A DNA stretch of 27,519 nt from the NCBI GenBank assembly GCA_903905455.1, contig CAIVGN010000022.1, positions 1-27,519 on the forward strand, given 5' to 3'. Position 1 is the stretch's first letter; the number at the start of each line of letters is the position of its first letter. The position numbers were made by a program, and so were the translations under genes. Positions 9,981 through 16,614 of the stretch are shown piece after piece. The notes under the pieces are model-generated. The model was not told the DNA's origin, did no database searches, and saw only the letters and a program-made list of their open reading frames with translations. This stretch comes from an uncultured Archangium sp. (GTDB lineage: Bacteria > Myxococcota > Myxococcia > Myxococcales > Myxococcaceae).

Positions 9981-11825
9981 GTGTCCCAAATGCGCTCGAT
10001 CCTTGTCCTGGTCTCCGTTCTGGCGGCCTGCAGCTCTCCCGTACCGGCCAATGACGGAGGGGCGGGCGGCGGCACCGCGGGCGGAGAGACGGGCGGCGGC
10101 ACCGCGGGCGGAGGGACGGGCGGCGGCACCACCGGCGGAGGGACGGGCGGCGGCACCACCGGCGGAGGGACGGGCGGCGGCGGAGCGACCTGTCTTCCGG
10201 ACGGCGGCGTCACGCGGGTGTGTTCCGCCACGAACCCGCTCGCCATCGTGAACCAGGACAGCTGCGGTGGGCGCACGCTCGTCGGCAACTGTGCGTCGAC
10301 GGCGCCCTGCACCGTGTTGGCTGATGCAGGGGTCGGCTGCGTGTGTCCGTTGGGCTCCAATCCTCAGCTCAAGTGTCACACCGCGGGGGCCGTCAGCGGC
10401 CCGGCGGAGACGACCCTGGGGCTCGTCAACAGCTGCGGCATGCTGTTGCCCGAGGTGGTGCAGACCTGCCTCATCGGTGAGCGCTGCTGGTACACCTTCA
10501 ACGCCGACGCAGGCATCAACCCCACGGCCAACGAGTTCTGCGCCTCGTCGATGGATCCCTCGCAGCGCATGAGCGCGTTCTACCCGCTGGCCTGCGACGA
10601 CGACCTGTACATGGCGGCGACCACGAGCCTGGAGATGGATTGCCGGTGCAACCGCGCCAACACCCTGATGCAGGAATGTCGCCCTGGATCCGACGCGTGG
10701 ACCGCGGGCCTGCGCCGCGGCGTGGGGCCGAACGCGTACGGCATCAACCTCGCCAAGTGGGGCGGCGGCTTCATTCACCAGGGCGAGCTGTACGCGGTGG
10801 TGCACTACACCAACCCGAACGTGGCGACCCTCAAGCCCGGCGCCATCTACGCGTTCAACCTCACCAACGGGAACCGTCGCGTGGTCTCGGGTTCGTATCT
10901 GGACCCGACCAGCGGTCGCGTCGACGTGGGCAGCGGCTACACGCCGCAGGGCGAAGCGTTGCCGTTCCTGGTCGACGCCAAGCTGGGCACGGATGGGAAG
11001 ATCTACACGATGGGCTCCGACACGCTGAACAACGTGGAGATCACCCGGGTCGACCCGCAGACCGGCGCGCGCACGCTGGTGTGGCGGCGACAGTCGCTCG
11101 CGGAGGCCTCGACTCCCAGCTACCCCTACGGCCAGTGCTTCGATGGTCGGGTGAGCACGTCGTATGCCAGCGGCTTCCTCCCGGTGCAGCCCGACGAGCG
11201 CGCCTTCGCGCTGGCCACCGACGGCAGCTTCTTCGTCGGCTGGAAGGCTGACGGCGTTGGGGTGATGCGCATCAGCGCGGACGGCACCACCTGCACGCAC
11301 GTCTCGCGGTGGGCGTCGAACAACACCACCCAGCCGCTGCCCAACATCGGTACCGGGCTGACGCCGCAGTACGGCACCATCAGCGGGCTGCTCCACCGCG
11401 GCGGCGTGGTCTATGCGTTCACGAACTCCACGCTGCTGGCCATCAACGACACCACCGGCAACCGGACGGCCTTCTCGACCATCTCCACCATTGGCGGCAT
11501 CGGCGAGACCAACTTCTTCGTCGACGAGAACCGACAGCTCCTCTTCGCGTGCGGCACGTCCGCGGCGCGCAAGTGCTCCGTCCACAGCCTCGCCAACGGC
11601 AACACCGCGCAGGGCCTCTTCTCGATTGGGGTGACGCAGCCCGTGTTGCCCGGGAAGTATTCGCAGCTGCAGGGCGCGAAGGGCGCGCTCGATAACAACA
11701 ACTACAATGGCTACGGCGCGGTGGCGCTCGACCCCACCAACCCCAACGTCTTGTACTTCGTCATTCTGGCAGGGCTCGTGCGGTACGAAATCGACACCGG
11801 CAACTCGTACATCATGTCGATGTAG
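9981..11825 (+). CDS. Secreted lipoprotein with an N-terminal Gly/Thr-repeat linker, a Cys-rich module and a probable beta-propeller-like C-terminal region
   Basis: The signal peptide MSQMRSILVLVSVLAAC carries a lipobox L-A-A-C. The true start may be ATG 9990. A (GGGT[A/T]GG[G/E]T)n low-complexity linker follows. At least 20 Cys lie between aa 70 and 240. The long C-terminal region is rich in G/T/N/S and beta-strand-like. GC3 is high throughout. Confidence 0.8.
   Translation: MSQMRSILVLVSVLAACSSPVPANDGGAGGGTAGGETGGGTAGGGTGGGTTGGGTGGGTTGGGTGGGGATCLPDGGVTRVCSATNPLAIVNQDSCGGRTLVGNCASTAPCTVLADAGVGCVCPLGSNPQLKCHTAGAVSGPAETTLGLVNSCGMLLPEVVQTCLIGERCWYTFNADAGINPTANEFCASSMDPSQRMSAFYPLACDDDLYMAATTSLEMDCRCNRANTLMQECRPGSDAWTAGLRRGVGPNAYGINLAKWGGGFIHQGELYAVVHYTNPNVATLKPGAIYAFNLTNGNRRVVSGSYLDPTSGRVDVGSGYTPQGEALPFLVDAKLGTDGKIYTMGSDTLNNVEITRVDPQTGARTLVWRRQSLAEASTPSYPYGQCFDGRVSTSYASGFLPVQPDERAFALATDGSFFVGWKADGVGVMRISADGTTCTHVSRWASNNTTQPLPNIGTGLTPQYGTISGLLHRGGVVYAFTNSTLLAINDTTGNRTAFSTISTIGGIGETNFFVDENRQLLFACGTSAARKCSVHSLANGNTAQGLFSIGVTQPVLPGKYSQLQGAKGALDNNNYNGYGAVALDPTNPNVLYFVILAGLVRYEIDTGNSYIMSM
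10062..10185. repeat. Roughly 4.5 tandem copies of a 27-bp unit (GGGCGGCGGCACC[A/G]C[C/G]GGCGGAG[A/G]GAC) encoding GGGT-rich nonapeptides
   Basis: The repeat is read directly from the sequence. The last two full copies are identical. It lies in frame within lipoprotein 9981..11825. Confidence 0.85.
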
Positions 11826-11840
11826 CCCTGCCAACCGACC

Positions 11841-11858
11841 GGCCGGGCCGACCCGGCC
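11841..11858 (+). terminator. Possible GC-rich stem-loop terminator after the lipoprotein gene (no U-tract)
   Basis: GGCCGGG-ccga-CCCGGCC lies 16 nt after stop 11823-11825. There is no T-run after it. Confidence 0.25.
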
Positions 11859-12247
11859 GTCACGAGCATCGCGGGCGGAGGCGTGCCGTGCCTGTCGGGA
11901 CACGCAGACCGCGAGGCGTCAGAGGCCTGAGCGAAGGCTATGGCGGTGCGTGGCCAGGGGAGAGGGCCTCGGCGGTGGCGTGGTGGGTGACGACGGCACG
12001 GACGCGGCGCCCGATGCGCTCGCCTTCGCGGTCGACGGCCACGTCGAGCTTGGCTTCGGACAGCGGAGGACGGCACGCCGAGTGGGCCACGCGGCGCTTC
12101 ACCAGGGCCACCGCCGTCAGCTCCAATGCGGACCTGGCGCGGTGAATCAACCGGGGTCGACACTGGCGGCAGGAAGGCGCGCTTATCCGCCGCGCTCACC
12201 ATTGTCGGGGAGGGCCGCCCAGCCGTGTACGGTGCGTTCACTCTCCC

Positions 12248-15187
12248 GTGCAGGACTCCACATCCACGCTGACGCAGGCCAGGCTCGCGCGCCCTGCGGG
12301 GCGTCGGCTCGCCGTGCTCGTTTCGGGGCTGGTGCTCTTCGTGGGGCTGGGCGTGACGTGGGGCGCGTGGAGCCGTTCCGATGCCGGCGAAGCAGACCGG
12401 CTGCGGACCAACTTCGAGTTCAGCGTGCAGGACGCCGAGGAGCACGTGGCGACGCGCATGGCGGCCCATGAGCAGGTGCTCCGCGGGGTGGCGGCCCTGT
12501 TCTCCGCTTCGGAGCGCGTGGACCGCCACGCGTTCCACGACTACGTCGCCGCGCTGCGCCTCGAGGAGCACTACCCGGGCATCCAGGGCGTGGGCTTCGC
12601 GCTCGTCGTCCCCGCGGCTGCGCTCGACGGTCACGTCCGCGGGCAGCAGGAGGCGGTGCCCGGCTACCAGGTCCGGCCCCCCGGGCCGCGCGAGTTCTAC
12701 ACGTCGATCACCTTCCTCGAGCCGAACTCCGGGAGGAACCTCAAGGCCATCGGCTACGACATGTACTCGGAGCCCGTGCGCCGGGAGGCCATGGCGAGGG
12801 CCCGTGACGAGGGCCGGGCGGTGCTGTCCGGCAAGGTCACGCTGGTGCAGGAGACGCAGACCGCGGTGCAGGCCGGCGTCCTGATGTACCTGCCGGTGTA
12901 CCGGAGCGGCCCAGCGCCCAGCGACGTCAGCCAACGGCGCGAGCAACTGCTGGGCTGGGCGTACATGCCCTTCCGGATGGGCGACCTCATCGCGGGCACT
13001 CTCGGGGCGCGGAGCGACGAGTTGCTCATGCGGATCCACGACGGCGATTCGACGAGCGCCGCGGTGCTGTACGAGTCCACCGGCGCCGACGGGGTTGCCC
13101 CGCTGCTCGAGACCCAGCGCACCATCACGGTCTCCGGTCACCCCTGGACCCTCTCCTTCCGGATCGGTTCGCCGCTCGCCGCCCGGCTGGCGAGCCGCAG
13201 GCCCGCGCTGGTGGCCCTGGGCGACGCCGCCTTGAGCCTCCTCATCGCTTACCTGGTCTGGGTGCTGTTCCGCCGCCGGGACCACGCCGTGGAGGCCGCG
13301 CGCGAGATGAACCGCGAGCTGCTCCAGGCGCACGCGGCGCTCTCGGAGAGCGAGCTGCGCTTCCGGTCGATGGCTGACAGCGCGCCCGTGCTCATCTGGA
13401 CCTCGGGCCTGGACAAGCGCTGCTCTTGGTTCAACAAGCCCTGGCTCGACTTCACCGGCCGCACGATGGCGCAGGAGCTGGGCAACGGCTGGACCGAGGG
13501 CGTTCACCCGGACGATCTGCAGCGGTGCCTCGACACCTACGTGGGCTCGTTCGAACGGCGCGTGCCCTTCACCATGGAGTACCGGCTCCGGCGCCACGAT
13601 GGCGCCTGGCGCTGGCTGGTGGACACAGGGACTCCCCAGCATGACGAGCAGGAGACCTTCGTCGGCTACATCGGCTCGTGCGTCGACATCACCAGCCATC
13701 GGGACGCGGAGGCGAAGATCGAGGAGAGCGAGTCGAGGCTTCGCCTGGCGCTGCGAGGGGGTCAGCTCGGGCTCTGGGACTGGGACGTTCCCTCGGGGCG
13801 GGTCACCTTCAACGAGCGCTGGGCGGAGATCCTGGGCTTCACGCTGGCCGAGGTCGCGCCGAACGTGTCGAGCTGGGAGAACCTGGTGCACCCCGATGAC
13901 CAGGCCGAGACGAACGCGGTGCTCGGCGCGCACCTGCGGGGCGAGACCGCCTCGTACGCGTGCGAGCACCGGCTCCGGCACAAGGACGGGCACTGGGTCT
14001 GGATCCTCGACTCGGGCGTGGTGATGCAACGCGCCGCCGACGGCACGCCGCTGCGCGCCGCCGGGACCCACCTCGACATCAGCGAGCGCAAGCGCACGCA
14101 GGAGGCCCTGCGCCAGAGCCAGCGATTCCTGTCCGAGCTCGTCGAGAACAGCGGCGCGCTCATCTACGCGAAGGAGCGAGACGGCCGGTACCGGCTGGTC
14201 AACGCCCGCTGGGAAGCCGCGACCGGCTTGAAGCGCGAGCACGTGCTCGGCAAGACCGACCAGGAGCTGTTTCCGGGCCCGACCGCGGCAGCCTTTCGAA
14301 GTGTCGACCTCGAGGTGATGGAGGCGGGCTCCGTGGTGGAGCGGTTGGAGAAGCTGGGAGCGGCCTCGCTCCTCTCCATCAAGTTCCCCCTGCGTGACGA
14401 CCACGACCGGGTCACCGGTTTGTGCGGCATGTCCACGGACGTCACCGCGCGCGAGCTGGCGGAGCAGCAGCTCAGGGACCTGCACGTGCGCACCGCGCGG
14501 GCCGAGCGGGTGGCCTCGCTGGGCACCCTGGCCGCGGGCATGGCCCACGAGATGAACAACCCGCTGGCCATCATCCTCGCGAACGTCAGCTTCGCGCAGG
14601 AGCAGCTCAGCGCGGCCCCGCCCCTCTCCCTGGCCGAGCTGAAGGAGGCGCTCGCTGATGCCGCTGCCGGCACGGTGCGCGTCCGTGACCTCGTGGCTGA
14701 TCTCCGGTCCTTCGCCCTGGGCCAGCACACCTCCGAGGGGACGTGCGAGCTCGCCGCGGCGCTGGACCGCGCGGCGCAGGTCGCGCGCCACGCCCGCGCC
14801 GCTGACGCCGCACTGTCGGTGGAGCTGCCTGCGACGCTGCCCCCCGTGACCGGCAGCGAGGCCGAGCTGGCCCAGCTCTTCGGCTGCCTGCTGGTCAATG
14901 CGGGCCAGGCGCAGGCCCACTCGGTGCGAATCAGCGCCGAGGTCAGTGGGCGGGTGGTCAAGGTGCGCGTCGTCGACACCGGCACCGGCATCGCCCCCGA
15001 GATCATGCCGAGGATCTTCGATCCCTTCTTCACCACCCGCGGCGTGGGAAGAGGCAAGGGCCTGGGGCTCCCGGTGGCACTGGGGATCGCGCAGGGCCTG
15101 GGCGGCGGTCTCGAGGTGCACAGCGTCGTCGGACAGGGAACGACCGCGACCGTGACGCTCCCGTTGGCTCCGATCACTCCAGGGTGA
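12248..15187 (+). CDS. Sensor histidine kinase: periplasmic CHASE domain, TM, three PAS/PAC domains, HisKA and HATPase_c; no receiver domain
   Basis: TM1 is LAVLVSGLVLFVGLGV. CHASE-like motifs are present (IGYDMYSEPVRREAMARARDEG...GVLMYLPVY). TM2 is LVALGDAALSLLIAYLVWVLF. Three PAS blocks are recognisable (LIWTSGLDKRCSWFNKPW..., LWDWDVPSGRVTFNERW..., LIYAKERDGRYRLVNARW...). The H-box is AAGMAHEMNNPLAII. The ATPase region reads VRVVDTGTGIAPEIMPRIFDPFFTTR...GKGLGL. The start is GTG 12248. The stop is at 15185-15187. Confidence 0.9.
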   Translation: MQDSTSTLTQARLARPAGRRLAVLVSGLVLFVGLGVTWGAWSRSDAGEADRLRTNFEFSVQDAEEHVATRMAAHEQVLRGVAALFSASERVDRHAFHDYVAALRLEEHYPGIQGVGFALVVPAAALDGHVRGQQEAVPGYQVRPPGPREFYTSITFLEPNSGRNLKAIGYDMYSEPVRREAMARARDEGRAVLSGKVTLVQETQTAVQAGVLMYLPVYRSGPAPSDVSQRREQLLGWAYMPFRMGDLIAGTLGARSDELLMRIHDGDSTSAAVLYESTGADGVAPLLETQRTITVSGHPWTLSFRIGSPLAARLASRRPALVALGDAALSLLIAYLVWVLFRRRDHAVEAAREMNRELLQAHAALSESELRFRSMADSAPVLIWTSGLDKRCSWFNKPWLDFTGRTMAQELGNGWTEGVHPDDLQRCLDTYVGSFERRVPFTMEYRLRRHDGAWRWLVDTGTPQHDEQETFVGYIGSCVDITSHRDAEAKIEESESRLRLALRGGQLGLWDWDVPSGRVTFNERWAEILGFTLAEVAPNVSSWENLVHPDDQAETNAVLGAHLRGETASYACEHRLRHKDGHWVWILDSGVVMQRAADGTPLRAAGTHLDISERKRTQEALRQSQRFLSELVENSGALIYAKERDGRYRLVNARWEAATGLKREHVLGKTDQELFPGPTAAAFRSVDLEVMEAGSVVERLEKLGAASLLSIKFPLRDDHDRVTGLCGMSTDVTARELAEQQLRDLHVRTARAERVASLGTLAAGMAHEMNNPLAIILANVSFAQEQLSAAPPLSLAELKEALADAAAGTVRVRDLVADLRSFALGQHTSEGTCELAAALDRAAQVARHARAADAALSVELPATLPPVTGSEAELAQLFGCLLVNAGQAQAHSVRISAEVSGRVVKVRVVDTGTGIAPEIMPRIFDPFFTTRGVGRGKGLGLPVALGIAQGLGGGLEVHSVVGQGTTATVTLPLAPITPG

Positions 15188-15551
15188 GCTTCTCGTCGAC
15201 GTCGGCCTCGCCCCGTATCGGCTGAGGCAGGGCGTCGAGCAGCGGCCGCAGCAGGTTGAGCGCGGTGCTCACCTCGAAGCCGGCGCGGGGGCGGGGGCGG
15301 CTCGTGGTCCATTCAGCCTGCCCTCGCCCGCGCTGAGGCCGACGCCCTCCTGCACGAGCCGCAGCGCAGACGCCGCTTCGCTGCGACGGGAAGTTCAGCG
15401 AGTCGTCCCACGCGCCGGCGGTGAGGGTGCCGCTGGCGCCGGGGTTGGCGGGGACGACGCTGCTGCCAGCGCCGTCGCCTGCCCCGGAGAAGCTGGAGAG
15501 TCCACAACCCAACAACGCCAGGGAACCGAGCAACCAGCGCGAAGTGCGCAT
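15174..15551 (-). pseudogene. Gene-fragment ORF: a lipoprotein signal peptide plus about 40 aa, then Arg/Pro-rich out-of-frame-like sequence, then a REC-domain fragment (RAGFEVSTAL)
   Basis: ATG at 15549-15551 gives MRTSRWLLGSLALLGCGLSSFSGAGDG...TLTAGAWDDSLNF (lipobox LLGC). The frame then reads ...GRRPQRGRGQAEWTTSRPRPRAGFEVSTALNLLRPLLDALPQ.... The RAGFEVSTAL codons are a 33-bp exact copy of codons 26-35 of the REC-EAL gene. The ORF overlaps the 3' end of the kinase gene on the opposite strand. Confidence 0.4.
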
Positions 15552-15686
15552 GCGGCCCCCCACAGCACTGCCGCGCCGGCGTCCTCCGCTCGGAAGGCCC
15601 TGCGGCCAGCGGCCGAACCGTGACAGCGATGCCCTGATCGCGATGCCCCGGTTCCCGCGGCCGTCCCTCCCTGCCCGGCCTCTCGC

Positions 15687-15968
15687 TCAGGGCTTCGGAT
15701 CAGGCGGCGTGAAGGCGTCGGTGCCGACCTCGGTGCCAGGGCCGCGGCCCACCAGGTCTTCACCTTCCCAGCGCTGCTGGCCCCCCCCGAACTCGAACGA
15801 CCAGCGCAGCCGCCACTGTTCGCTCCAGTCGACGGTGTCGATGAGCTTCTCCTCGCGGTGGTTCAGCGGCCCTTCGAGGACCTCGAGCCTGGCCGAGGTG
15901 AGCGCATGGATCTCGTAAAGGTCGCCCTCGCTCTTCTTGTGCAGTCCGCTGCCCGCGAGCTGATCCAT
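15687..15968 (-). CDS. Hypothetical small protein (94 aa), possibly a relic
   Basis: ATG at 15966-15968 (minus strand) gives MDQLAGSGLHKKSEGDLYEIHALTSARLEVLEGPLNHREEKLIDTVDWSEQWRLRWSFEFGGGQQRWEGEDLVGRGPGTEVGTDAFTPPDPKP. GC3 is roughly 86%. I recognise no domain. Its start lies only 8 bp from the start of the divergent ORF 15976. Confidence 0.35.
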   Translation of the reverse strand: MDQLAGSGLHKKSEGDLYEIHALTSARLEVLEGPLNHREEKLIDTVDWSEQWRLRWSFEFGGGQQRWEGEDLVGRGPGTEVGTDAFTPPDPKP

Positions 15969-15975
15969 CGTCAGC

Positions 15976-16560
15976 GTGGCGCCGGGTACCAGGTGGGCGG
16001 TCCAGAACACGACTGACGCCACGGGCAGCGTCATCGTGGTGAGCACCGCCAACGACGCGGACTCCGCGGGCGAGGTGCTCTCGCTCGATCCGGCGTCGAC
16101 GTTCCAGTACTGGGCGTTCCACACCCCGACCTCGACGACCACGCAGGCAAGCTGGCGGCCCGGCGGCTACCACGCGCTGGCGATCTCCCCGAGCGGCGGG
16201 ACGCTGAACCGGCGCCTCTTCGCTTCGTTCGGAAGCCTGCTCGCGGCGAACTCGTGGAGCACCAACCAGCTGGTCTGGAATCGCGCGTTCGACAGCCAGG
16301 CGTTCTGGGAGGAACACGAGGGCCCCATCGCCGGCGCGGCCCTGGCGGCGTCCTGGTCGCCCGCCGGAACCGGGCCGCTGGCGGTGCTGTGGAGTGAAGG
16401 ACGGCTCCGGGTGGGCAACGTGCTGTTGGGCCTGCGGGAGGTGCCCACGGGCCTGCAGCTGGCCGACGCGAAGATCGTCCGCTTCTCGAGCGAGGGGAGG
16501 CTGTGGATCGGCGGGCCCGGAGGGTTGTTCGTCACGCGCGTCCCCGTCGTCGTGCCGTAG
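15976..16560 (+). CDS. Hypothetical protein (194 aa; no signal peptide; may be a C-terminal fragment of a larger beta-rich protein)
   Basis: GC3 exceeds 90% over the whole ORF, which is a strong coding signal. The sequence reads ...GSVIVVSTANDADSAGEVLSLDPASTFQYWAFHTP...GRLWIGGPGGLFVTRVPVVVP. An in-frame TGA at 15961 caps the frame just upstream of the GTG start. It is convergent with the MVP gene. Confidence 0.5.
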   Translation: MAPGTRWAVQNTTDATGSVIVVSTANDADSAGEVLSLDPASTFQYWAFHTPTSTTTQASWRPGGYHALAISPSGGTLNRRLFASFGSLLAANSWSTNQLVWNRAFDSQAFWEEHEGPIAGAALAASWSPAGTGPLAVLWSEGRLRVGNVLLGLREVPTGLQLADAKIVRFSSEGRLWIGGPGGLFVTRVPVVVP

Positions 16561-16614
16561 CCTCCGTGGAAGCAGCAGGGCGATGGCCTCCGAATTCCGG
16601 CCGCCCGGTGCGCC

